This document shows positions 29,566 to 39,410 of a DNA stretch of 64,000 nucleotides, piece by piece; position 1 is the stretch's first letter, and every line of letters starts with the position of its first letter. A model generated the notes under the pieces. The model was not told the DNA's origin. It saw only the letters and a program-made list of their open reading frames with translations, and searched no databases. Position numbers and translations under genes: made by a program. The stretch is from a bacterium (GTDB lineage: Bacteria; UBA8248), in contig CBDBZU010000004.1 of the NCBI GenBank assembly GCA_965213625.1, positions 256,001 through 320,000 on the forward strand, in the 5' to 3' direction.

Positions 29566-31344
29566 TCAAGCCCCTCTCGTGCGGATGGCGAACAGCCCCT
29601 CCGGCCTTCTTTGCAGGAATAGGATCACCAGAACCAGAATCACCACCTTGCCGAACACCGCGCCCATCGCAGGCTCGAGCATCTTGTTCATGCCGCCGAT
29701 GCCGAAGCCCGCCACGATGGTTCCCAGAATCTTGCCCACGCCGCCCGTCACCACGACCATGAACGAATCCACGATGTAGTTCTGCCCCAGGTCGGGCCCC
29801 ACGTTGCCGACCTGGCTCAGGGCCGCGCCCGCCATGCCCGCCAGCCCCGCGCCGAATGCGAACGTGCCCGCATCCACGCGGCGTGAGGGTACGCCCAGGC
29901 AGGTACTCATGCCCCGGTTCTGGGTGACGGCGCGAATCCGCAGGCCCGCCCGCGTGCGGAAGAGGAACAGGTACGTGCCCGCCACGCAGAACACGGCCAA
30001 GGCGATGATAAACAAGCGGTTAAACGGGAACTGGACGCCGACCATCAGGTGATAGCCCCCGCTCAGCCACTCGGGGGATTTCACGTCCACGTTCTGTGCG
30101 CCGAACACCTGTCGGACGGCTTGTTGCAAAATCAGGCTGATCCCCCAGGTGGTCAGCAGCGTCTCCAGCGGACGGCCGTACAGGTAGCGGATGATGGAAA
30201 TCTCCATCAGATAGCCCATCAGGGCCGAGGCCAGGAAAGCGACGGGAAGCGCCAGCAAGAAATAATAGCCGAATAAATTTTGCGGCAGATAAGAGATGAA
30301 CAAACCCTGGATAATAAAGGTGGCGTAGGCGCCCAGCATCATCAATTCCCCGTGCGCCATGTTGATCACGCCCATGAGGCCGAATACGATGGCCAGCCCC
30401 AGCGCCATCAGCAGCAGTATGGAGCCCAGGCTCATGCCCCGGAATAATGTGCCGATGATGGCGGTCCAGCTCAGGTAGCCCTCGATCTCCTCGATGGCCT
30501 CGCTCGCCGCCCCGCGCACGGCTGGCGCCGCATCTTTAACCGCTAGGCGCTTGAGTTCCGAAAGAGCATTCAGTCCGTGAATCTCGCCGAGCACGGCGGC
30601 GGCCGAGCGCCGCTCTTGGGAATTGGGCGATTTGAGCCGAATCAGCGCCTTCGCCTCCATAAGCGCGTGACGGCCCAGCCAGTGGGTCTCGTTCTTCAGG
30701 ACCTTGTCGAGCAGCGGGATGAGGTTCTTATCCCCCACTCTCGCCAGCCGCGTCGCCGCGGCGCGGCGCAAGTTCGGGTCGGCGGAGTAGAGTTGCGCCG
30801 AGTTTTGGAGCTGGTTCAGATAGGGTTTGATGGCGCGGCGCATTCTTCTGTCGGCGCGGATTCTGCTGAGTTGTTCATCGGGAACGAACAGGGGTTTCCC
30901 ATCCGGAGATGCAAGCCGTCTTTTCCCGTGAATCGAGAAGAGGGGAACGTATTCCTTGTCCCCGCGCGTCACGGCGTCTCCGCCGATGACGAACCGGACC
31001 TCGCCCGATTCGGGCTTCCAACGATAAAGGCTGCCCTCGCGAAGCGCCAAAAGAAGGGGTAGCAGCTTTGGCTCGAGGCGCTTCGCAAGGGTGAGGGCAG
31101 CGCGTCTTCTTTTCTTTCTGTTCTTCAATCCTAACTGCGCGATTTCCGCCTGGATGGCCGGTGAAAATATTTCGGTTTTCGCTTCACCCCTTGCCGCCAG
31201 GCCAAAGCCAAGCGCGAAAACCAGAATAAGGACGCGAGATATGAATGATCTCGCCGACGCTCCACGCGGAATCGCCCTAACGCCGGCTTGCTGCATACCC
31301 CCTCCTTCGCCGTATTTGGCATATCGCCGGTATTTGCGATTCAC
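29566..31344 (-). CDS. urtB: Urea ABC transporter permease with N-terminal HEAT-like periplasmic domain (exact start uncertain)
   Basis: GSILLL.ALGLAI.FGLMGVINMAHGE, YGRPLETLL.TWG, GPDLGQNYIVDSFMVVV. Confidence 0.92.
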   Translation of the reverse strand: MNRKYRRYAKYGEGGGMQQAGVRAIPRGASARSFISRVLILVFALGFGLAARGEAKTEIFSPAIQAEIAQLGLKNRKKRRRAALTLAKRLEPKLLPLLLALREGSLYRWKPESGEVRFVIGGDAVTRGDKEYVPLFSIHGKRRLASPDGKPLFVPDEQLSRIRADRRMRRAIKPYLNQLQNSAQLYSADPNLRRAAATRLARVGDKNLIPLLDKVLKNETHWLGRHALMEAKALIRLKSPNSQERRSAAAVLGEIHGLNALSELKRLAVKDAAPAVRGAASEAIEEIEGYLSWTAIIGTLFRGMSLGSILLLMALGLAIVFGLMGVINMAHGELMMLGAYATFIIQGLFISYLPQNLFGYYFLLALPVAFLASALMGYLMEISIIRYLYGRPLETLLTTWGISLILQQAVRQVFGAQNVDVKSPEWLSGGYHLMVGVQFPFNRLFIIALAVFCVAGTYLFLFRTRAGLRIRAVTQNRGMSTCLGVPSRRVDAGTFAFGAGLAGMAGAALSQVGNVGPDLGQNYIVDSFMVVVTGGVGKILGTIVAGFGIGGMNKMLEPAMGAVFGKVVILVLVILFLQRRPEGLFAIRTRGA

Positions 31345-31358
31345 TTGTTTTCTTTTGG

Positions 31359-31398
31359 CCGCCCATGAGGGAGCCGTGCTGCGGCTCCCCCCGGGCGG
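31359..31398 (-). terminator. Intercistronic stem-loop after urtA
   Basis: GGGAGCCG/CGGCTCCC (31369-31389) inside CCGCCC/GGGCGG. Confidence 0.5.
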
Positions 31399-31407
31399 TT
31401 CTTGCGA

Positions 31408-32733
31408 CTAGGTGGTCGTCTTCTTGTATGTACCCTGGTGATTTACCCAGTCACAGCTCTTGTCCGGACTCGTGTACTTGCTCCAAGGTTCGGGCGCCAC
31501 GAGGCCCTTCGTCTGCGAGACGATTTCGAATTGCCCGTTCTTGAGGATCTCGCCGATGAGCACCGGCTTGTGCAGATGGTGGTTCTTCTCGTCAATCTTC
31601 TTGAATCCGCCCGGCGCCTCGAAGCCCATGCCGTAAGTCGCCTTGCGGACGTCGTCCACCTTCGTGGTGCCCGCTTTCTCCACCGCCTGCTTCCAGATGT
31701 AGACGCCGAGGTAGGCCGCCTCGATGGGGTCGTCCGTCACGCGGCTCGCACCGCCCGGCAGGCCCATTTTCTTGCAGTAGGTCTTGAAATTCTTCACGAA
31801 CTTCTTGTTCTGCGGCGTGTCGATCGACTGGTAGTAGTTCCAGGCGGCCAGGTGCCCGACGAGCGATTTCGAGTCCATACCGCGAAGCTCGTCTTCCGCC
31901 ACGCTGAACGCCATGATCGGCACGTCTTCGGAGCGCAGGCCCTGGTTCGCGAATTCCTTGTAGAAGGGCACGTTGCTGTCGCCGTTAATGGTGCTGAGCA
32001 CGGCGGCGTCGCCGCCCGAAGCGAACGATTTCACCTTGCCCACGATGGTCTGGTAATCCTGGTGGTGGAAGGGCGTGTACTCTTCCATGATGTTCGAGGC
32101 GGGAACGCCTTTCGCCAGCAGGAAGGCCCTGAGAATCTTGTTCGCCGTGCGCGGGAACACGTAGTCGGTACCGAGCAGGTAGAACTTCTTGAACCCGCCC
32201 CCGTCCTCGCTCATCATGTAGTCGGCCGCCGGTATCAACTGCTGGTTCGGCGTCGCGCCCGTGTAGAAGACGTTCTTCGAGCACTCCTCGCCCTCGTACT
32301 GCACCGGGTAGAAGAGAAGGCCGTTGTTCTTCTCATACACAGGAAGAACGGATTTGCGGCTCACCGAGGTCCAGCAGCCGAACGTCACGTCCACCTTGTC
32401 CTGCAGTAGAAGCTGCTTCGCCTTCTCGGCGAACAAATCCCAGTCGGACGCCGGGTCGACGACCACGGGCTTGATGGGGCGCTTCATCACGCCGCCCGCC
32501 GAGTTGATCTCCTCCACGGCCATCAGAACCACGTCACGCAGCGAAACCTCGCTGATCGCCATGGTTCCGCTCAGCGAATGCAGAATACCGATCTTGATGG
32601 GTTCCGCCGCCCGAATCACGTTCGGGAACGGGAGCGTGCTCATCGCCGCGGCGCCGAGCCCCACCGCTCCGGCTTTCTTCAGGAACTTCCTGCGGGATAA
32701 CTTTTCCGCGCTAACCAGCTTCTTGCTCTTCAT
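31408..32733 (-). CDS. urtA: Urea ABC transporter substrate-binding protein with Tat signal
   Basis: SRRKFLK twin-arginine, GILHSLSGTMAISE, FGCWTSVSRK, FYPVQYEG, GTDYVFPR. Confidence 0.95.
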   Translation of the reverse strand: MKSKKLVSAEKLSRRKFLKKAGAVGLGAAAMSTLPFPNVIRAAEPIKIGILHSLSGTMAISEVSLRDVVLMAVEEINSAGGVMKRPIKPVVVDPASDWDLFAEKAKQLLLQDKVDVTFGCWTSVSRKSVLPVYEKNNGLLFYPVQYEGEECSKNVFYTGATPNQQLIPAADYMMSEDGGGFKKFYLLGTDYVFPRTANKILRAFLLAKGVPASNIMEEYTPFHHQDYQTIVGKVKSFASGGDAAVLSTINGDSNVPFYKEFANQGLRSEDVPIMAFSVAEDELRGMDSKSLVGHLAAWNYYQSIDTPQNKKFVKNFKTYCKKMGLPGGASRVTDDPIEAAYLGVYIWKQAVEKAGTTKVDDVRKATYGMGFEAPGGFKKIDEKNHHLHKPVLIGEILKNGQFEIVSQTKGLVAPEPWSKYTSPDKSCDWVNHQGTYKKTTT

Positions 32734-33008
32734 TCTCTCAATCTCCCCTTCTTCTATTCGTTAATACGACCGCCTTGTGCGGCCAGAAATCAAATTGAAC
32801 ACTGCATATCTTCGTTGACAGGATAAGAATATATTGAGGTTTCTTTACGGGAATCTTGCGGTTCGGTTAAATTGTCGTTTCTGTTTTGTTTCGCCCATGT
32901 TTCGAGGATTCACCATTTCATGACCAAAATTTCCACTATCCACCCCCCGCAGGCCGGGCGATCCCTCATCCTTTGGACGCATCCTGCACCCTCGGAGAGG
33001 CCTATATA

Positions 33009-34391
33009 ATGGCGTCCTTAAGCCGCACGCTCGCGAGATGGGCGGCGGGGCTTCGCTTCGAGGATCTGCCGGGCGAAGTCGTCGACCGCGCCAAGGGCGT
33101 TACCTTGCAAGCCCTCGGCTCCGCTCTGTTGGGTTCTCAAACAGAAGACGGGCGAAGAGCCGTCGCCCTCATCACCGGGGAAGAAGCGGGCGTTCTTGGC
33201 GGTGCGACCATCTTGGTGAGCGGGGCCAGGGCGACGAAAGGGGGCGCCGCATTCGCGAACGCGGAAATGGCTCTTGCAGGCGGCAAGTGGGATACCTTCC
33301 GCATGCTCACCCACCCGGGAACCAGCATCATCCCCGCAGCCCTCGCTGCGGCGGAAGCGCGGGGCGCCTCGGGCGCGGAATTCCTGACGGGCGTCACCGC
33401 GGGGTATGAGGTCATGGAGCGTCTGGCGTCGGACTTCATCCCCACGGTGATGTCGCGCGGTTTTCATGCGGGCCCCGTCTTCGGGATTTTCGGGGCCGCC
33501 GTCGCCGCCGGTAAAATCATGGGGCTGAACGAGGAACAGCTGAACAGCGCGGTTGCGCTATGTGTGAATCTCGCGAGTGGCAACCTCGAAGGCCCGCGCA
33601 GCGGCGGACAGGCGCTGAGGGAGGGAGGCGCCGTGCGGAACGCCCTCCTTGCGGCGGACCTGGCCGAGCGCGGCCACGTCGGCGGGGAGACGGTGTTAGA
33701 GGGCGAAGCCGGTTTCTACCACGCCTACGCCGGAAACAACGAAGGCCGCCTCACCTACAGCTTCACGGGCGACACGAAAACAAACTTGGGAAAAATCACC
33801 GAGGGTCTTGGAGAGGAGTGGCTCTTCCTCGAAACGCTGTTCCGTATCTATTCCACCTCGGGCTACAACCTGGCCCACATCGACGTGACGGCGAGCCTCT
33901 GCGAGGAGAACGACATCCGCCCCGAGGAGGTCGAGCGCGTGGAGACCCTCGTGAACTGGCTGGAGACGCAATACCCGAGCCCCGCCTTCCCAAATCGACG
34001 CGAGGACGGCGAACCGCGACCGGGCGGGACGCATTACTACGCGGCCTACGGCGTCGTGGAGCGCGGCTATCCCCTGCTGAACAAGCCCCCAGGGGAGGAT
34101 GATCCCCCCGAGGTGCTCGAGATGATGCAGCGCGTGAGCATCGTCCCCTCTCCCGAGATGGGCCTTTTCGCTCCCAAGGTGAGCATCCACACGAAAGAAA
34201 GAGGGGTTTTCACGAAACAGGCCACCGGGCGGGAGTTCATCTTCAGTTTCGATGAACTCGCGAACCGCATCGGGGGTATCGCCACAGGCCTCCCCATACC
34301 GGAGTCGCGCTACAGGGAAATCATCGAAACCTGCCGTGCTCTGGAAACGGAAGTGAAAGCGGAAAAACTCATCCGCCTTAGCTTGACCTGA
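33009..34391 (+). CDS. MmgE/PrpD family protein
   Basis: LA.W...L.FEDLP.EVVDRAK, AAFAN, THPG...IPAALA.AE, GYEV, RGFH, LEGEAGF. Start moved to ATG 33009 behind GGAGAGG. Confidence 0.85.
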   Translation: MASLSRTLARWAAGLRFEDLPGEVVDRAKGVTLQALGSALLGSQTEDGRRAVALITGEEAGVLGGATILVSGARATKGGAAFANAEMALAGGKWDTFRMLTHPGTSIIPAALAAAEARGASGAEFLTGVTAGYEVMERLASDFIPTVMSRGFHAGPVFGIFGAAVAAGKIMGLNEEQLNSAVALCVNLASGNLEGPRSGGQALREGGAVRNALLAADLAERGHVGGETVLEGEAGFYHAYAGNNEGRLTYSFTGDTKTNLGKITEGLGEEWLFLETLFRIYSTSGYNLAHIDVTASLCEENDIRPEEVERVETLVNWLETQYPSPAFPNRREDGEPRPGGTHYYAAYGVVERGYPLLNKPPGEDDPPEVLEMMQRVSIVPSPEMGLFAPKVSIHTKERGVFTKQATGREFIFSFDELANRIGGIATGLPIPESRYREIIETCRALETEVKAEKLIRLSLT

Positions 34392-34416
34392 GAACAGCCT
34401 GTCTCCTGGAAACGCC

Positions 34417-35553
34417 CTACCAGAGCCTTTCAGACGCCAGGGCAGCGCCCTCGGCGAGGGAGGCCATTTTCATCCACACGATGCGGCGGTCCACCTGGAC
34501 ACGGCCGGCAAAGGTGCCGAAACCGCAATCAACGCCTGCGATGACGTTCTCGCGCCCCGCCGCCTCGGCGTAGTTCACGATACGCTCCGCCACCAGTTCT
34601 GGATGCTCCACGAAGTTGGACGTCGAATCGATTACGCCGGGGATGATGCTCTGGCCCTCCGGCAAATCGACCTCGCGCCATACCTTCCACTCGTGGCCGT
34701 GGCGGGGGTTCGCGCCTGGGAACGAGACGGCGCAGGGTTTTCCCTTGAGCACGATATCGATGATGTCCTTTATCGGGACGTCCTCATGGTGCGGCCCCAG
34801 CGTGCTGCCCCAGCAGATGTGCATGCGCATGCGCTCGGGCGCGATGTTCCGCACCGCGTGGTTCAGGGCTTCGACGTGCATCTCGATTTCCTTGCGGAAA
34901 TCCGTGAGGCTCAAATCGCGAAACACGGTGTGGCGACTCAGCGCAAGGTCAGGGCAGTCGAGTTGCAAGAGCAGCCCCGCATCCACAATCGCCTCGTATT
35001 CTCGTCGCATCACGTCTGCGAGCGCGAATATGTATTCCTCCTCGCTCGGGTAGTAGAGATTCCTTAAATAACGCGATATCTGGCCCGGCGAGGGGGAGGT
35101 CATGAACGCCTCCTCCGTATCGGTGCGGCCCAGGGCGCTCTTCGCGCGCTCGATGTCCGCCTCGGCGGCGGGCCAATCCTTCCAGTCCACCGGGCCTGAG
35201 CATGCCGGGCGGTTCTGAAGTGGCGAGGCGAATTGAGAGAGTATCTCGGAGAGTTCGGGGAAACCCTCCTCGCCCGTGCCGAGCGGGGGCGAACTCGGCC
35301 CCTCATAGCCCGTCAACCTGTGCTTGACGTGTGATGTGTAATCGGGCCGGCCCTGCTCCCCATCGTTGATGACGTCGACCCCCGCCTCCACCTGTTTCTC
35401 CACGACGTCCTCAATGGCGCGCGCCACGGCGGCATCGAGGTCGCCGGAATCCGCGCCGCCTTCCTCCTGGGCCAGCAACAGATCGACCACATCCTGGGGA
35501 CGCGGCAGGCTTCCTGTGTGGGTCGTGAGTATTCTCTCGGTGCTGCGCTTCAT
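34417..35553 (-). CDS. Cobalamin-independent methionine synthase II-like (short MetE/epoxyalkane:CoM transferase family) protein
   Basis: RILTTHTGSLPRP, DGEQ, LQLDCPDL, HICWG, ANPRH.HEW, PGVID, DCGFG Zn ligands. Confidence 0.9.
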   Translation of the reverse strand: MKRSTERILTTHTGSLPRPQDVVDLLLAQEEGGADSGDLDAAVARAIEDVVEKQVEAGVDVINDGEQGRPDYTSHVKHRLTGYEGPSSPPLGTGEEGFPELSEILSQFASPLQNRPACSGPVDWKDWPAAEADIERAKSALGRTDTEEAFMTSPSPGQISRYLRNLYYPSEEEYIFALADVMRREYEAIVDAGLLLQLDCPDLALSRHTVFRDLSLTDFRKEIEMHVEALNHAVRNIAPERMRMHICWGSTLGPHHEDVPIKDIIDIVLKGKPCAVSFPGANPRHGHEWKVWREVDLPEGQSIIPGVIDSTSNFVEHPELVAERIVNYAEAAGRENVIAGVDCGFGTFAGRVQVDRRIVWMKMASLAEGAALASERLW

Positions 35554-35686
35554 GGTTTGGCGCTCCCTCTCTGGAAAAAATTGCTCTCTAGCATTTTATC
35601 CCTTTTTCTTCTTTACAGTCCCTTCTTCGGTGAACCAGAGACCCTCCAGGTCGATCGAATTCTCAATCTCCTGACGTGTGGATATG

Positions 35687-37195
35687 CTATGCCGAGGAAG
35701 GTTCGGACGCCTTCTTGAGCGCATTTTTCTTGACTCTCCACTCGAGATAGAACGGCCAGGTGAAGGAGACCACCGAGAGGCACAGGAAGAACAGACACCA
35801 CGGCGACGTAAAGAAAATCGAGATGTCGCCCTTCGATGCGGCGAGGGCGACCCGCATGTGCTCCTCGAGTTGCCGCCCCAGCACGAGCGCGAGCAGCATG
35901 GGGACGACCGGAATATCGAGCCACTTGAATGAAAGCGCCACGAGGCCGAAGAAGAACATGACGTAGATGTCGAAGAATGAATTTCTGAGCGCATACGTCC
36001 CCAACACGCACAGGGCGACGATGATCGGAAGCAGCAGCGAGCGGGGGATGGACAGCAGCTTCACGATGACGCGCAGCCCCAGGAACGCGACCGTCGCCGT
36101 GCTGCAAATCGCGATGAAATACGAGAAAAGCACGGAAAAGGCGAAGGGACCCTGCTCCACAAACAGCAGCGGCCCCGGCGCCATGCCGTGCACCAGCAAG
36201 GCGCCGATAAGGATCGCGGTTATCGGGTCGCCCGGAATCCCCAGCGTCATCATGGGAATGAGCGCCCCGCCCGCGATGGAACTGTTCGCCGATTCTGGCG
36301 CGGCGACTCCCTCCACGCAGCCCTTTCCGAATTGCTCCGGCTCCTTGCTGACCTTCTGGGCGTAGTCGTAGCTCACGAAAACGGCTATCGGGCCGCCCGC
36401 TCCCGGCAGGATGCCGACGAATGTGCCCACGATGGAGCCGATGGCAACCGGAAGCCGGATTTTCTTGATGTCTTCCCAACTGGGAAACACGCGGCCGAAT
36501 TTCGAGGCGACCGAACGTATGTTCCCCTCCGCCAGGTTCGCCACTATCTCCGGAATGGCGAACAGGCCCACGAGAGCGGCGATGAAGTGGATTCCCGCGA
36601 GCATGTTCGCGTCCCCGAAAGTGAAGCGCGCCGTCCCCACGAGCGGATCCATCCCCACCGTCACGATCATGAGGCCCAAAAAAGTGGACAAGAGGCCCTT
36701 CACGAGCGATTTCGCCGCGAAGGCGGATATGACGGACATGCCGAAAAAGACCAGCCCGAACAGGTCGGCCGCGCGGAACTGGAGCGCTACTTTTGTGAGT
36801 TGGGGAGCGATCAAAATCAGGCAGAAGAAGCTGACGAGCCCGCCGGTGAAGCTCGATACGATGGAAACGCCCAGCGCCCGGCCGGCCTCGCCCTTTTGCG
36901 TGAGAGGGAATCCGTCCATCGTCGTGGCCGAAGCCGACGGCGAGCCGGGAATGTTGATGAGAATCGCGGCGAAGCTCCCCCCCGTCATACCGCCCGCGAA
37001 GACGCCGAGCAGGAGCGCCACGGCGGTGGTCGGCTCCAGGATGAAGGTGACCGGGAACAGGATGATGATGCCCGCGCTCGTCGTAAGCCCCGGCATCATC
37101 CCGCATATGAGGCCGTGCAGCGCGCCCAGGGCGGTGGCCAGAATGCTCGTCGGCGCGAGGGCGAGGTAGAACCCCTGTAGCAAGTCACCGTTCAT
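35687..37195 (-). CDS. tctA: Tripartite tricarboxylate transporter large permease TctA
   Basis: GG...AILINIPGSP....T.MDGFPL...G..GRAL, G.LPGAG, GVAAPESAN, TLGIPGD. Confidence 0.93.
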   Translation of the reverse strand: MNGDLLQGFYLALAPTSILATALGALHGLICGMMPGLTTSAGIIILFPVTFILEPTTAVALLLGVFAGGMTGGSFAAILINIPGSPSASATTMDGFPLTQKGEAGRALGVSIVSSFTGGLVSFFCLILIAPQLTKVALQFRAADLFGLVFFGMSVISAFAAKSLVKGLLSTFLGLMIVTVGMDPLVGTARFTFGDANMLAGIHFIAALVGLFAIPEIVANLAEGNIRSVASKFGRVFPSWEDIKKIRLPVAIGSIVGTFVGILPGAGGPIAVFVSYDYAQKVSKEPEQFGKGCVEGVAAPESANSSIAGGALIPMMTLGIPGDPITAILIGALLVHGMAPGPLLFVEQGPFAFSVLFSYFIAICSTATVAFLGLRVIVKLLSIPRSLLLPIIVALCVLGTYALRNSFFDIYVMFFFGLVALSFKWLDIPVVPMLLALVLGRQLEEHMRVALAASKGDISIFFTSPWCLFFLCLSVVSFTWPFYLEWRVKKNALKKASEPSSA

Positions 37196-37201
37196 ATGGC
37201 G

Positions 37202-37684
37202 TCATCCGAAAAAACTTCCCCTCGGCAGGGGAAGCTGAAACAGGTCGCGGAACAGGAAGAACAAGAACATGGGAACGACAATCGCAAGCCCCAGGAGAAC
37301 CAGTGGGCGGCGCTCGCCCGTCACCCACATGAGAGCGGCGAAGAAGACGGGCGTGGACCAGAAGAACCCGAAGGTCGAAAGCGCGAAAAAATAAAGCCCC
37401 GTTATTAGCAGGCCGGCCGCCGCGCGGGCGATGCTGAAATTCTCGTTCGAAGAAGGTCTGTCGGGCCTCAGGTCGACGAGGCCGCCTGAGTCCTTGAGCC
37501 CCCTCACTCCCTGGAAAATGAGCATCGCGGAGAGGGCGAGTATCGAGATGGTGATCAGATACGGGAAAAAGTGGGGTCCGGGCGCATCGGTCGTGGTGCG
37601 CTTGGGAAGCAGAGTGGCGAGGCCGCCGTAGTAGAGCGTTAATCCGAGGATGACCACCCCGCCGACTATGTTTCTGAGTCCCAT
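37202..37684 (-). CDS. tctB: Tripartite tricarboxylate transporter small subunit TctB
   Basis: 4 TM helices, PGP.FFP, F..LF..PLP.G; lies between tctC and tctA. Confidence 0.85.
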   Translation of the reverse strand: MGLRNIVGGVVILGLTLYYGGLATLLPKRTTTDAPGPHFFPYLITISILALSAMLIFQGVRGLKDSGGLVDLRPDRPSSNENFSIARAAAGLLITGLYFFALSTFGFFWSTPVFFAALMWVTGERRPLVLLGLAIVVPMFLFFLFRDLFQLPLPRGSFFG

Positions 37685-37726
37685 CCCGAATCCGTCCGAA
37701 GGAGATGAAAACGGTTAGAAAACGAA

Positions 37727-37754
37727 GGCCGCCCCCTCCCTGGAAGAGGCGGCC
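37727..37754 (-). terminator. Intercistronic stem-loop after tctC
   Basis: GGCCGCC...GGCGGCC stem, followed on the minus strand by TTCGTTTTCT. Confidence 0.55.
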
Positions 37755-37779
37755 CCCGTGTGTCACGCGATTGGCGCGT

Positions 37780-38754
37780 TTATTTCTTCGTCTTGGACTT
37801 GTATACGCCAGTGGCTTTCATGATGTCGGCGACAATCTTGTCGCGCTTGGCGAGCATTTTGCCGAACTCTTCCGGCCCGCTCGGGTCGATCGTGAAGCCC
37901 TTCGTCTTGGCCAGCTTCTTGAAAGCCGCCGAATTGGCGGCCTTTTTCATGGCGTCGACAAGTTTCGCCTTAACAGCGGCGGGCGTTCCCTTCGGCACGC
38001 TGAGGCCGCGGAAATGGTCGAAGTCGATGTCGTGGCCCATTTCCTTCATAGTCGGCACGTCCGGGATTGCCGGGTTCCGCTTGCCCGTGATGTGGGTGAT
38101 GATGCGGAACTTGTTCGCTTTCGCCAGGCGAATCGCCCCAGTGAGAGGCGCACCCATGGCGTCCACCTCGCCGCTCAGAAGCGCCGCGTTGCGCCGCTTG
38201 ACGCCCAGGGGAACGAGGATGGCTTTACAGCCCGTCATGCTCGAGAAAATGACCGCCGTGAGATGCGTGGTGCTGCCGGTGCCTGCGTGGCCGATTTTGA
38301 GCGTGTTTGGCTTTTTCTTGCAGTCCGCCACGAAATCCTTGGCCGTCTTCCATTTCGATTTCGCGTTCACCGCCACCACCAGGGGCTGGAAGTGCACCCG
38401 CCCGATATGGTCGAGTTCCTGATAGCCCCACGGAACGTTGCCGATGTTCGTGGAGGTGAGGACGGAGGTGGAGTTCCAGGCCACGATATAGCCGTCCGGC
38501 TTGGAGTTCTTGACGAACGTGTAGGTGACGGCGCCGCCCGCGCCCGGCTTGTTGATGGCCACCACGGGAACGCCGAGCTCCTTCGCCATTCCCTTGGCGA
38601 GCAGGCGCCCCTCGATGTCCGCGCCGCCGCCCGCACCGAAGGGAATGATGAACTGAATCGGCTTCTCGGGATAGGCGGCCGAAGCAGTCTTGAGCGGCAA
38701 TGCGGCTGCGAAAACGGCTATCAGAACTACACACAGGATGCGATGTACCTTCAT
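37780..38754 (-). CDS. tctC: Tripartite tricarboxylate transporter substrate-binding protein (Bug/TctC)
   Basis: Signal peptide, YPEKPI.FIIPFGAGGGAD, NKPGAGG, PDGY, PDVPT.KE.G. Confidence 0.93.
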   Translation of the reverse strand: MKVHRILCVVLIAVFAAALPLKTASAAYPEKPIQFIIPFGAGGGADIEGRLLAKGMAKELGVPVVAINKPGAGGAVTYTFVKNSKPDGYIVAWNSTSVLTSTNIGNVPWGYQELDHIGRVHFQPLVVAVNAKSKWKTAKDFVADCKKKPNTLKIGHAGTGSTTHLTAVIFSSMTGCKAILVPLGVKRRNAALLSGEVDAMGAPLTGAIRLAKANKFRIITHITGKRNPAIPDVPTMKEMGHDIDFDHFRGLSVPKGTPAAVKAKLVDAMKKAANSAAFKKLAKTKGFTIDPSGPEEFGKMLAKRDKIVADIMKATGVYKSKTKK

Positions 38755-39069
38755 TTGTTTACCCCCTTGATTGAAAAGATATGCTCCCGATTTATCCGAA
38801 CTGGAAAACCTGAAAATCGTTCCTGACGTTGGAGAATCCTATTATCCCTCATTTTATCGTGAGAATCCATCCCGGATTTATAGAGGATGGACATCGGGCC
38901 GCCGGAGGCGAGTGTATGCGGAGGTCTTACGGGTACAGGCAGGACAGCGCGCCTGTTTGCTCGCAAATTCGGGGAATTGGATGAAGGGTCGATCTTCGCA
39001 GCAGCATCACATGCGACTCGGCAATGGAAAGCGCCACACGATTCATTTCGCCACGGACCGGCGGCTGGA

Positions 39070-39265
39070 TATCTCTCCGAGCAGCCGATCGGACTTCCCG
39101 AAAGCAGACCCGAGAAGCTTGGTTGCGCTTGCCATTCAGTGTCGGAACGCCATGCATGGTGAACCCGGTTCGAAGCCGAACATCCCGAACGGCCACCGGC
39201 CACCCCGCCTCGATGTAATCGGTCAAGAAACCGTTTTTGCCGATGGCGATGCCGTCGCCGGTGGC
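39070..39265 (-). pseudogene. Possible C-terminal remnant of a LysR (GcvA-like) regulator
   Basis: One frame reads ATGDGIAIGKNGFLTDYIEAGWPVAV..., resembling the LysR A..G.GIA.....L...Y...G.LV segment. No N-terminal HTH. Confidence 0.35.
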
Positions 39266-39410
39266 CGGGATAGTGCTGAATTCGCGTTGCCGGATATTTG
39301 TGACACTTGTATAGTTGAGTTACATAATCGCATCGGGCAAGAAGGGAATGCAGAAAGTCCCTAACCGCGTGAGTACGATGCTTAACGGCGCTGGGTAGGA
39401 GGGTATCGCG

